Origin: an uncultured virus (IMG/VR IMGVR_UViG_3300002220_000624) | Taxonomy: Duplodnaviria > Heunggongvirae > Uroviricota > Caudoviricetes | IMG/VR virus record: IMGVR_UViG_3300002220_000624 | DNA: 25,563 nt | Reading direction: 5' to 3' (one strand) | Shown here: positions 1 to 8,908 of the stretch, in pieces | Layout of the letters: the number at the start of each line of letters is the position of its first letter | Position numbering within the stretch: position 1 is the first letter of the stretch | Notes under the pieces: model-generated | Told to the model about the DNA's origin: nothing | Seen by the model: the letters and a program-made list of their open reading frames with translations, nothing else | Database searches by the model: none | Translations under genes and position numbers: made by a program

Positions 1-759
1 ACAGCAAAAGGAAATGTGCCATTTCAAATCTACCCAGGTTCAAGGGTTGTGCTAACTGGAACGCCAGTGTACGATAGCCAGAGAGATGCATGGCAGCTTA
101 ACATAAAGAGTTCCACAGAGGACATATCTGATACTGACAAGGCAATCAGGGTACTGAAAGAGGCTAAGGGAGTTGGTGATGTAAAGGCAAAGGAGATAGT
201 TGACAGCTTTTCAGTATCCGGTAATTCAGAAGGTATATTAGAAAGAATAGCAAAGAACCCAAGAATGCTATTGTCTGTACAGGGGATAAACAGTGAAACC
301 TCTGTTGAAGTTTATAACCATGTTTGCAACTTCTTAAAGAGCGATAGCGGTCTACAAAAGCTTTATGAATTAAATTTAACAAATCACCAAATAGGTAGAA
401 TACATGAATGCTTTAAGACATATTCATTAGATGTAATAAAAGCACGGTGTTTTGAGTTAACAAATCTTAACGGCATAGGCTTTTTGCTTGCGTCTAGAAT
501 AGCAGATGCAGTTGGTGTTCCAAAAAGTGATCCGAAAAGAATTGAGGCTTGTATATTATATTATGCAAATGAAGCAATGAACAACGGAAGTGTTTGTTTT
601 GATGGAATGGAGCTTATTAACACAGTTAATAAAATTCTTGGTGTTTCAACAAAAGCAATAGTTGATGTTTTTTCTAAGCTTGTTGAGGAAATGAAGATAG
701 CAGCATTAAACGGAAGATTTGATCCAACTGAATACTCTAATATTATTCCAAAGGAGTAG
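1..759 (+). CDS. RecD2/TraA-family helicase, N-terminal half (HhH domains); probably 5'-partial
   Basis: Frame is open from base 1, so the true start is probably upstream. HhH motifs KGVGDVKAKEIVDSF and LNGIGFLLASRIADAVGVPKSDPKRIEACILY match the RecD2 N-terminal pattern GIGF..AD.IA...G....DP.RI.A. No P-loop in this ORF. Confidence 0.85.
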   Translation, partial: TAKGNVPFQIYPGSRVVLTGTPVYDSQRDAWQLNIKSSTEDISDTDKAIRVLKEAKGVGDVKAKEIVDSFSVSGNSEGILERIAKNPRMLLSVQGINSETSVEVYNHVCNFLKSDSGLQKLYELNLTNHQIGRIHECFKTYSLDVIKARCFELTNLNGIGFLLASRIADAVGVPKSDPKRIEACILYYANEAMNNGSVCFDGMELINTVNKILGVSTKAIVDVFSKLVEEMKIAALNGRFDPTEYSNIIPKE

Positions 760-761
760 CG

Positions 762-1430
762 ATGGCATACGAAAACGAGACTATTATGGTTATCAACAAA
801 AGTGACGTAAATATTGACGATCTTGATATGTCGTTTAAGCCACGTAGCATGCACCGTATTGGCGAACCTTATAGAATCAGTGTTCTACAGCTTCTTGACT
901 CATGTTATTATACACAGAGATGTGACGATCTTGAGAATAATCCTGAGATTTTGCAGATAATACCATACTGTGTTATTGTAGCTCCTTCTGGATATATATT
1001 TTCATATAGCAGAGGGAAGGAGACATCCGAAGGCAGGCTAAAGAAACTAAAGAGCATAGGTCTTGGTGGCCATGTGAAAGAACAGCCTGGAAGTGGAAAA
1101 GGCAGGTTGATGATACTAAGAGACTCAATAATTCGCGAACTAAAAGAAGAAGTAGGACAAGACTATGAGCATGTACGATGCTTTCTTCCTTATTTTAGCG
1201 GATACATTTTTGATCCAAGTAATCAAGTTGGTAGAGTGCATTTGGGTATTTTGTTTGTAATACCATCTTCAAGAATGTTTGTTGTTGCAAAAGATTCAGA
1301 GATTGGAGTCCACATGACTCCATATTCATGGATCAACATTGACCACCTTGGAACAAATGAAGACATGAATACGTATGAAACATGGAGCGACATCGTAATT
1401 AAGAATAAAGAACTATTATTAAGGTTTTGA
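762..1430 (+). CDS. NUDIX-family hydrolase/phosphoesterase (YmaB/COG4112-like)
   Basis: QIIPY, Y.R....E.RL....SIGLGGH, the Nudix-box helix RELKEEVG, and VGRVHLG. GGAG SD at 753-756. Confidence 0.85.
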   Translation: MAYENETIMVINKSDVNIDDLDMSFKPRSMHRIGEPYRISVLQLLDSCYYTQRCDDLENNPEILQIIPYCVIVAPSGYIFSYSRGKETSEGRLKKLKSIGLGGHVKEQPGSGKGRLMILRDSIIRELKEEVGQDYEHVRCFLPYFSGYIFDPSNQVGRVHLGILFVIPSSRMFVVAKDSEIGVHMTPYSWINIDHLGTNEDMNTYETWSDIVIKNKELLLRF

Positions 1431-1431
1431 T

Positions 1432-2862
1432 ATGTTATATTACCTTCCAGAGTTCAGGGTAAAGGAAGAGGAAATTGGGTTTATGCTTGCTAGGCAGGCA
1501 TTATATCCATGTGACAAGATAGCTGCTATTAAACCTGGCGATATCAATGGAATCGCGAATGAACAAAGCAAGCTTGATGACAGGCAGATGGCTGCTGTAG
1601 AGAATGCATGTACAAATAATTTATCTATTTTGTGTGGTAGAGCTGGGACAGGGAAGACTACAACTTTGAAAGCGATAGCAAATTCTTTTATTGGTGCTGG
1701 AATGAATGGCATTGCTATGTGTCCAACTGGCAAGGCTGCAAAGAGATTTCAGGAAGTTGTGTGTTGTGGAGATAAAATTAACAGTGTCAATCTTCCGTCA
1801 AAAACAATAGCATCTGCACTCAGATATTACAATGGAAGATTTACGGTCGATGAAAATGACACATTAGATTATGATTTTGTGATCGTAGATGAAGCTTCAA
1901 TGTGCGGAGTCCATACGTTTAATGCACTACTAAGGGCAATAGATTGGAAAAGAACTAGGATTGTAATTACAGGAGATCATAATCAACTGCCAAGCATAGA
2001 GCCAGGTAACATATTAAATGACTTAATATCGTGTGGTGAATTTAAGTGCGAATCATTAACTAAGATCTACAGGCAAGATAAGAATAGTGGTATTGTTTAT
2101 AATGCATCGCGTGTCATTGATGGTGAGATGATATCAATCTCTCATCACGAATCAGGTGTTAGATTCGCAGACTGCGATTTTATAAAAACAGACAAAGAAT
2201 GCAGCAGGGATGCGATAATTAAGAAGGTTGTACAGCAGCTACCAGCAGATAATCTTGACCCAGTAAAGGACATACAAGTATTGTGTCCAGGCAAGAGAGG
2301 AGAAATTGGGACAGAAGAGTTGAATAAATCATTGCGTGCAGAATTGAATGTAAAAAAGAGAGTAAATTACATGGGCTTTATGGTTGGGGATAAAGTCATT
2401 AACAGAAAAAACAATTATGGCTTGTGTATAGTTAATGGTGATGTTGGATTTGTAAAAGACATAGGAAAGACTGGGATAACAGTTGACTTTGGCGAGGGAT
2501 CTGGTAGCGATGGAACTGGAATTGTTGAAATGAATTCAGAAGCTGCTGCTTCGCTAAAGCTTGCGTATGCATATACAGTTCATTCTTCTCAGGGCTCAGA
2601 ATTTAAATGCTGCGTCATACCTATATACTCTACACATTGGATGCTTTTATTTAGGAATTTATTGTATACAGCAATGACTAGACCAAGACAGAAACTAGTT
2701 CTGTATTATGACTTAAAATCAATGCATCATTGCATTAAAAATAATTCACAGTCAAATAGAGCAACAAATCTTGTTATGTTTATTAAGAAATACATTTCTT
2801 ATTTTGGTTCAAGGAAGGGGCCTATTGTCAATGAAACAGTTCAGGCCGATGCTTGCGATTGA
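1432..2862 (+). CDS. RecD2-family SF1B helicase, C-terminal motor half
   Basis: Walker A GRAGTGKTT, Walker B VDEASM, GDHNQLPSI, LTKIYRQ, GDKVI..KNN, NGDVG, AYAYTVHSSQGSEF, RNLLYTAMTR. Confidence 0.95.
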   Translation: MLYYLPEFRVKEEEIGFMLARQALYPCDKIAAIKPGDINGIANEQSKLDDRQMAAVENACTNNLSILCGRAGTGKTTTLKAIANSFIGAGMNGIAMCPTGKAAKRFQEVVCCGDKINSVNLPSKTIASALRYYNGRFTVDENDTLDYDFVIVDEASMCGVHTFNALLRAIDWKRTRIVITGDHNQLPSIEPGNILNDLISCGEFKCESLTKIYRQDKNSGIVYNASRVIDGEMISISHHESGVRFADCDFIKTDKECSRDAIIKKVVQQLPADNLDPVKDIQVLCPGKRGEIGTEELNKSLRAELNVKKRVNYMGFMVGDKVINRKNNYGLCIVNGDVGFVKDIGKTGITVDFGEGSGSDGTGIVEMNSEAAASLKLAYAYTVHSSQGSEFKCCVIPIYSTHWMLLFRNLLYTAMTRPRQKLVLYYDLKSMHHCIKNNSQSNRATNLVMFIKKYISYFGSRKGPIVNETVQADACD

Positions 2863-3748
2863 TTGTGATGATTTAGATAAGCTGATATATCCAGTTCTTG
2901 CTACGCCAAAGATAGATGGTATCAGGTGTATAGTTAAAGACGGGCTTGCTCTCAGCAGGAGCTTAAAGCCTATACAGAATAGGTATGTTAGTGATTGGAT
3001 ATCAAGAAACTGTCCATCTGGGTTTGATGGTGAGTTGTTTATAGATGGAGCTAATTTTAATGAAGTCAGTTCAGCCATTATGTCATTTGATGGAGAGCCA
3101 GACTTTGTGTATAAGGTTTTTGATATCATTAGCTTTAAGTATGGTTATTCACAAAGAGTAAATGCCTTAAAGGTTATGCAGGTTTCTTGTAGAGTTCAAA
3201 AGATATTGCCAGTTATAATAAGTACATCACAAGAACTCGAACAGTATTCAAAGTCATGCATCGCAGATGGATATGAAGGTGCAATAGCAAGAAGCCCAAA
3301 TGGTCCTTATAAGCAAGGAAGAAGCACTGTCAGAGAAGGATACATGATTAAGGTTAAGCCATTTATAGACAGTGACGCAGTTGTGTTGGGGTTTAAAGAG
3401 TTGATGCATAATGGGAATGAAGTATTTACAAATGAGCTTGGACTAAGCAAGCGGTCTTCTGCAAAAGATGGAAAGATTGCATCTGGAATGCTTGGTGCGT
3501 TCCACGTAAAGGACGTGCATACTGGCCTTGAGTTTGACATTGGCAGTGGATTAGATAATGAAACGCGAATTACAGTATGGAAAAATAGAGACAGATTCAT
3601 TGGTGCTATTATTAAGTATAAAAGTCAGGAGATTGGGTCTGTGAATAAACCACGTATACCAATCTTTCTTGGATTTAGATCTATTCCTGAAAATAACACT
3701 GTTAATTTTGAAAAAAAGGCTAAGAAGCACATAGAATTCAGGGGATGA
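2831..3748 (+). CDS. ATP-dependent DNA ligase, minimal Chlorella-virus (PBCV-1)-like type
   Basis: Motif I ATPKIDGIR, III DGEL, IIIa VFDI, IV EGAIAR, YKQGRS, V IKVK, VI PRIPIFLGFR. ATG 2831 (MKQFRPMLA) follows purine-rich AAGGAAGGGG and is preferred to the track start at 2771. Confidence 0.93.
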   Translation: MKQFRPMLAIDCDDLDKLIYPVLATPKIDGIRCIVKDGLALSRSLKPIQNRYVSDWISRNCPSGFDGELFIDGANFNEVSSAIMSFDGEPDFVYKVFDIISFKYGYSQRVNALKVMQVSCRVQKILPVIISTSQELEQYSKSCIADGYEGAIARSPNGPYKQGRSTVREGYMIKVKPFIDSDAVVLGFKELMHNGNEVFTNELGLSKRSSAKDGKIASGMLGAFHVKDVHTGLEFDIGSGLDNETRITVWKNRDRFIGAIIKYKSQEIGSVNKPRIPIFLGFRSIPENNTVNFEKKAKKHIEFRG

Positions 3749-3752
3749 CGCT

Positions 3753-6700
3753 ATGAGTGTTGATTTGGAGTTGCTTAAGAATGATATAGTTTCGTCAATT
3801 GATATCACGTCTTTTTATGAATCTAGTCTCAATGGCCAAAGGGCGCAGAAATTTGACTCTGATGGATGGTCAAATAAAATGCTATGCCCAATTCATGTTG
3901 ACGTAAATACTCCAAATTTTGCTTTTAACGTTAACACTGGTGGATTTAAATGTTTCTCTTGCGGTGCTGGCGGAAGCATTTTTGATTTTTGGCTCACCAT
4001 CAATGGATATAGCCCAAAAGATACTTCGTCTTTTATGTTTGCACTATCAGCGCTTGCAAGTGAAGCTGGGATAGACGTTGGTGAATGGAAGAAGACATCT
4101 GGTGCGTCACATGCAGAAAAGCGAAAGAAGATAGACAGAGTAATTGATAGTGCAAGTAAGCTAAATAAGGCAGAGTCTAATGATGCAACTAATGCACCAA
4201 TTGCAGATGCTGTTGTCCGTAGAATGTCAGATGCAATACAGCCAGATCATGTAAATTTTTTACTAGGTAAAAGAGGTCTCAAGAAGAAGACTATAGAAAA
4301 ATTTAGGCTTGGATATGATGATTCATGGATATACAAAGACGATTCTTCACAGAAGTGGTGTAGGGGTAGGATAACTATTCCTGTTTTCAATGTTACTGGA
4401 GAATGTAGGAATATTCGTGGATATACACATAAAGGCAGTCCAGCATACAAGATGGCCAATTATGTTGTAAATAAAGGCGAAATTGATGAAAAGTCTTATG
4501 GTTCACCACCAAGATTGTTTAATCTAGATAAAATGGTTTCAGAGAATTGGGAACATGTTGTGATCTGCGAAGGAGAATTCGATGCTATTCTCCTGTATCA
4601 AGAACTTAGAGGAATCGGACTTGACACATGGGGAACAGTTACTGGAACACATGGCGTTAAGACGTTTGAGCCGGAGTGGGTGAAATACTTTAAGGGTAGG
4701 CATGTTTATATTTGTTTTGACTGTGATGACGATGGAAAAATAGCTGCTCCATCCGTTGCAACTCAGCACTTTCTTCCTGGAATAAAATCTGGTGCATTCA
4801 AGTCAGTTAGAATCATAAAGCTTCCGCTTGATGGGTCGAAGGAATACAAAGACATTAGTGATTTCTTTTTGAAGGCTGAACTAACGATCAATGACTTCAT
4901 AGAACTATGCTCGAATGAGCCTCAACTTATTGTTGGCGGAGTTTCTGAAGATGAAGCATCAGTGGAGCCTATAGTTGTTGATAATCTTGTTGAAGCTATA
5001 CTAGATAAGAGATATATTGATAAAAAGATAAGAGTTCCGATCGCAATTTCCGGTGTTACATCGAGACTTTACCATGCTGTACGTGAGTATGAAATAGGGT
5101 ATTGTCCATGCAAAAAAGAATCAAGTCAAGACTCTTGTTGTCATGATGGCGTTGGTGCTACAAAGATCCCGTATGGGCATCCACTGTTTATACAGTGTTG
5201 CATGCAGCCAGAAGAAAAAACATTGAAATCAATTGCCCATACAGTATGTTCTAAGCATCAAAAGTGTGAAGTAAGGCCGATATCTAAGGTTGTAATGGAA
5301 GAGTATTATGCGCATCAGGTTTCCGATCGACTTAGGGCTGAAGAGGTAGACGGGCATCTCAGGAATACGCAAGAATTATTCACAATACCAGTTTATGTAC
5401 TGCAGCCTCCAGGTGGCATAGTAATTAAGCCGCAAAACTACACAGCCATTGCGTATGTAAGAACGCATCCAAATACTTCATTAACGTCATTGTTTATAGA
5501 GAGCCTTGAGCCACTAGAGGATGAGTGGAATAAGTTTGATTCAAAATCAAGGGAGAATGTAGAGATTCTTAAGAATCTTAAAGAAGGGTTCGACGTTGAT
5601 TCAATTGTTGAGCAATTAACTAATCATGTTACCAGAATCTACGAGTCGGATGAGATTTTGTATGCAACAATACTTTCTTTTTTAAGCCCAATACAATTTA
5701 TATTTAATAATGAACCAATACGAGGATGGCTTAATATAGCAATAATTGGTGACAGCGGAACAGGTAAGTCGGCAACGTATTCAAGGCTCTCCGACTGGAT
5801 TGGAATTGGTGATTTATTTTCTGCTTTATCTGGCACAAGAACTGGGCTCCTTTATGCAATGAGACAGAGGGGAAATGAGTGGCATATTGCTGTTGGTGCA
5901 TACGTCAGGGCGTCTGGAAAGATTATAGCAATAGATGAGACACAAGAAATGGAAGCAGATGAAATAAAAAAAATGGCTATTGCTATGGAGACAGGTTTTC
6001 TTAAGATAGAGAGGGTTGCGTCTGGTGGGTACCAGACAAGAACCAGAACAATATTTCTGCTAAACCCAAAGCACCAAAATGGGCAAGCTGCAACAATTTC
6101 TGAATTCATGTATGGCGCAGAGTGTTTGAGAAACTGCTTTGCATATATGTTTATAAGACGACTTGATTTGGCTGTATTTACAACTGGAAATAGCAAACAT
6201 GATTTCTATAACAAAATAACTACTCCAGTTTCCGAATTAAAATTAACACCGTTAATGATGAAAACGCTCGTATTTTGGTCGTGGACAAGAAAGCCTGAAA
6301 ATATAATTTGGAAACAATCTTCTGTAGAAGTATGTCTTAACGAAGCAACCAGATTGTCTGGTATATTTGGTTACGTTGACTTAATTCCATTGGTTTGTCC
6401 TCAGGATTTTAGGTTAAAATTAGCAAGGCTTTCTGTTGCATATTCAATATTGTCATGCAATTTTACCGATGATTTCCAGTCTGTGACAGTAGAGCCGGAT
6501 CACGTTAGAACTATGGCTGCACTCATTGAAGTTATTTATTCCTCAAACTCATGCGACTTAAATCAGTTGTCTGATTTACATAAATCTAAGTCAACGCTAG
6601 GTGACAGCTATCTTGAGATTAAGGCTTATTTTGAGTCGAGAGTTGTAAAAGACAGAAGTTCTGGAGATCCGGTTATAAGAGAAAGAATGCCATTTATTCA

Positions 6701-7025
6701 GTTGGTATTAAGTCTCATGAGCACAGAGTATCTTAATAAGAAAGATTTATGTGATTCAATTGGCGTAGGAAGCTCTTGGATTTCAGAGAGGATAACAGGA
6801 TTACGTGCTCACGATCTTCTTGAGCAAACAAGATATGGATTCAGAAGAACTAAGAAGTTTAATTTGTTTATAAAGCAATGGAGAAAAGAGTCTGGTGTTT
6901 CTTCAATGCTTAGCAGTGTTTTTAAGATGATATCAGGTTCGTCAAAACATGACGTTAATGATGCATTTGATTCTGCTAGTATCAGTGACTCAAATGATTT
7001 AATTATGTCTGACCCATTTATTTAG
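3753..7025 (+). CDS. DnaG-type primase fused to an MCM-like AAA+ helicase
   Basis: CHC2 Zn finger (CPIH...FKCFSCG); TOPRIM (VICEGEFDA, CFDCDDDG, KDISDF); Cys-rich middle; Walker A IGDSGTGKS; Walker B IAIDE; AMETG..KIERVA; Arg-finger-like IRRLDL (MCM SRFDL equivalent). Confidence 0.85.
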   Translation: MSVDLELLKNDIVSSIDITSFYESSLNGQRAQKFDSDGWSNKMLCPIHVDVNTPNFAFNVNTGGFKCFSCGAGGSIFDFWLTINGYSPKDTSSFMFALSALASEAGIDVGEWKKTSGASHAEKRKKIDRVIDSASKLNKAESNDATNAPIADAVVRRMSDAIQPDHVNFLLGKRGLKKKTIEKFRLGYDDSWIYKDDSSQKWCRGRITIPVFNVTGECRNIRGYTHKGSPAYKMANYVVNKGEIDEKSYGSPPRLFNLDKMVSENWEHVVICEGEFDAILLYQELRGIGLDTWGTVTGTHGVKTFEPEWVKYFKGRHVYICFDCDDDGKIAAPSVATQHFLPGIKSGAFKSVRIIKLPLDGSKEYKDISDFFLKAELTINDFIELCSNEPQLIVGGVSEDEASVEPIVVDNLVEAILDKRYIDKKIRVPIAISGVTSRLYHAVREYEIGYCPCKKESSQDSCCHDGVGATKIPYGHPLFIQCCMQPEEKTLKSIAHTVCSKHQKCEVRPISKVVMEEYYAHQVSDRLRAEEVDGHLRNTQELFTIPVYVLQPPGGIVIKPQNYTAIAYVRTHPNTSLTSLFIESLEPLEDEWNKFDSKSRENVEILKNLKEGFDVDSIVEQLTNHVTRIYESDEILYATILSFLSPIQFIFNNEPIRGWLNIAIIGDSGTGKSATYSRLSDWIGIGDLFSALSGTRTGLLYAMRQRGNEWHIAVGAYVRASGKIIAIDETQEMEADEIKKMAIAMETGFLKIERVASGGYQTRTRTIFLLNPKHQNGQAATISEFMYGAECLRNCFAYMFIRRLDLAVFTTGNSKHDFYNKITTPVSELKLTPLMMKTLVFWSWTRKPENIIWKQSSVEVCLNEATRLSGIFGYVDLIPLVCPQDFRLKLARLSVAYSILSCNFTDDFQSVTVEPDHVRTMAALIEVIYSSNSCDLNQLSDLHKSKSTLGDSYLEIKAYFESRVVKDRSSGDPVIRERMPFIQLVLSLMSTEYLNKKDLCDSIGVGSSWISERITGLRAHDLLEQTRYGFRRTKKFNLFIKQWRKESGVSSMLSSVFKMISGSSKHDVNDAFDSASISDSNDLIMSDPFI

Positions 7026-7036
7026 GAGGATAAAAC

Positions 7037-7654
7037 ATGAAGATTAGGACAGAATCTTTAAAGACATACCAGGATTCAAATGGAGCTGAATTGGCTAAGA
7101 CTCCAGTTCGAGATTTATCTATTGGAGGCGTGTACAATGCAGCAATTTTTGAGCTATTTGATTTAAAGTATAGTCATTATAAAATAGACACTAGCCTTGT
7201 TTCTGCTGTGAAGGCAAGGTCATCTGGAACTAGGTGCGTTAGTCTCAGGGAAGCAGATATTGTTGCAAGGAGCGGAACTGACCTCAGTGTTGGTTCGTTA
7301 GTTGATACAATGTTAATGCTTGGTGATGAACACTACATTTCAGAAGGCATTGTTGGTATAAAAACTTCTCCCTGGGAGCTTAGGGTTAGGTACAATAATG
7401 GCCTCGCGTGGCTACGGTCAAATGGCATTTGCTACAAGAAAGCTAACTTTCAAGATAGTGTTCCTAAAAATGTCCACACTGCATTGCAGCTAATGGATAG
7501 TATAAAGCGTGGACTTGAGATTGATTTCGGCTTATCATTTTGGCCAAGCGAGGTTTTTGAAGGCTTTAACGAGATTTTCCTGACTCCAGAATATATGACA
7601 ATTGAAGAGTATTCTGAGAGAAGAAAGGCGATAAGGCAATGCGTACAGCTCTAG
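7037..7654 (+). CDS. hypothetical protein
   Basis: 205-aa ORF with strong AGGAGG SD, tightly packed between neighbours; no recognised motif. Confidence 0.75.
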   Translation: MKIRTESLKTYQDSNGAELAKTPVRDLSIGGVYNAAIFELFDLKYSHYKIDTSLVSAVKARSSGTRCVSLREADIVARSGTDLSVGSLVDTMLMLGDEHYISEGIVGIKTSPWELRVRYNNGLAWLRSNGICYKKANFQDSVPKNVHTALQLMDSIKRGLEIDFGLSFWPSEVFEGFNEIFLTPEYMTIEEYSERRKAIRQCVQL

Positions 7655-8418
7655 TTCAATTTAGTGGCGGTGACTATGAACTAATACATGCAATACCTCC
7701 ACTTAGTAGGTATGTTTCTTCATCTATAGTAAATGGGATATCTGTTGATTTTTTGTGTCCAAATATCAAGGTTATTGATAGAGTCTTATGTGAGTTCGTT
7801 GGATTTAATGCAATATACAAAAACGCAGATAGCATTGACGTAAATGGCTATTATTACACAAAGACTGTTGCTATTCATCTCAATGGTCCACCAGACTCTT
7901 TTTTACGAAGAGTGTGTAATACACTTGGGATAAGCTATATAGGCTGTGAAACGTTTCGAGATATCACTTTTAATAGCAGGCTTCTTTCTCAGATAAAGAA
8001 ATCAAGAAACAGTGCTGTGTTTAATATGTTGTCGTTTAACACTGTTGATTTCAATAAACACGATACGGATATCATAAGATGTATAGTGGTTTTTGAATCT
8101 CAGGTATATCCATGTATTATCTTTGGGACAAATAGTATACATTCAGTGACGCCGTTTGTGTTGACAGATATACATTCTATTATAACATTTGCATCTATGG
8201 CAAGATCTTATTTTGGGTCTGATGGTATAGTTGCTCAAATATGCGCTATGCTTGAAATACCATGTTACATTAAAAGGATGGATTCAAAAAAGTTGATTAA
8301 AACAAGCCTTGATAATGTTTTATATAAGGATGATTTTTGTGGCCATAACCAGCAACTGGAATTCATTGATAAATATTGGGATGTCCAGAATCATATCTTT
8401 AGATCCAAGCATCAATAA
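7639..8418 (+). CDS. putative divergent GT-B glycosyltransferase (GT9/heptosyltransferase-like)
   Basis: N-terminal MRTALVQFSGGD....AIPPL and C-terminal ARSYFGSDGIVAQICAMLEIP loosely match GT9 patterns (hhh....GD.....P; A..FIG.DSG..H.AAALG.P). The similarity is degenerate. Confidence 0.45.
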   Translation: MRTALVQFSGGDYELIHAIPPLSRYVSSSIVNGISVDFLCPNIKVIDRVLCEFVGFNAIYKNADSIDVNGYYYTKTVAIHLNGPPDSFLRRVCNTLGISYIGCETFRDITFNSRLLSQIKKSRNSAVFNMLSFNTVDFNKHDTDIIRCIVVFESQVYPCIIFGTNSIHSVTPFVLTDIHSIITFASMARSYFGSDGIVAQICAMLEIPCYIKRMDSKKLIKTSLDNVLYKDDFCGHNQQLEFIDKYWDVQNHIFRSKHQ

Positions 8419-8905
8419 CGCTGGAGTATGCACTGCTGCTATTGAATGCGACTACACGGGAAGGAAGATAAGATATCTTGACTATAAACTACTAAGATCT
8501 AGTGACAATATGAATGTGCATGAAAAAATCGTTGCAATTGGTGGAATGTTCTGTGATATTGTTAAGTCGTCAAGGTCTAAGTTTATTGTGTTTGAAATTC
8601 CTTCGATAACTGCTTATGGAGCTGGAAGCAGAGCCTATGTCACAAAAAGATTGGAAGGAATAAGAAAAGTAGCAATGCTTCTGTATTTCATATATGGACG
8701 GCTACACAATAACGGCTTCTATTTTCAAGAGCTTGAACCTTCGCAATGGCAGGACAGAAGCGGAATAAAGAAGTGTGACGGAGATTCAAAGTTATGGTCA
8801 ATTCAGAAGGCAACTGAAATAGTTGGCGGTTCCATAGAGGATCACAATATTGCTGATGCGATTTGTTTAATAGATTTTACATTTAATAAGATAATCAACA
8901 GGTGA
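8381..8905 (+). CDS. RuvC-like Holliday junction resolvase
   Basis: IISLDPS...G at the N-terminus, catalytic Glu in VFEIP, PSQW, and C-terminal DHNIADAI. ATG 8381 places the DP motif at the usual N-terminal position. Confidence 0.8.
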   Translation: MSRIISLDPSINNAGVCTAAIECDYTGRKIRYLDYKLLRSSDNMNVHEKIVAIGGMFCDIVKSSRSKFIVFEIPSITAYGAGSRAYVTKRLEGIRKVAMLLYFIYGRLHNNGFYFQELEPSQWQDRSGIKKCDGDSKLWSIQKATEIVGGSIEDHNIADAICLIDFTFNKIINR

Positions 8906-8908
8906 TGC

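Noticed and set aside
740..1450. Intron, intein or stop-codon readthrough rejoining the RecD2 halves
   Set aside because: Only 1-2 nt of non-coding space at each junction, no intein terminal motifs, and the NUDIX ORF is in a different frame.
2771..8380. Longer upstream starts given by the track for the ligase (2771) and RuvC-like gene (8309)
   Set aside because: They create long overlaps with upstream genes, while ATGs at 2831 and 8381 match the family N-termini.
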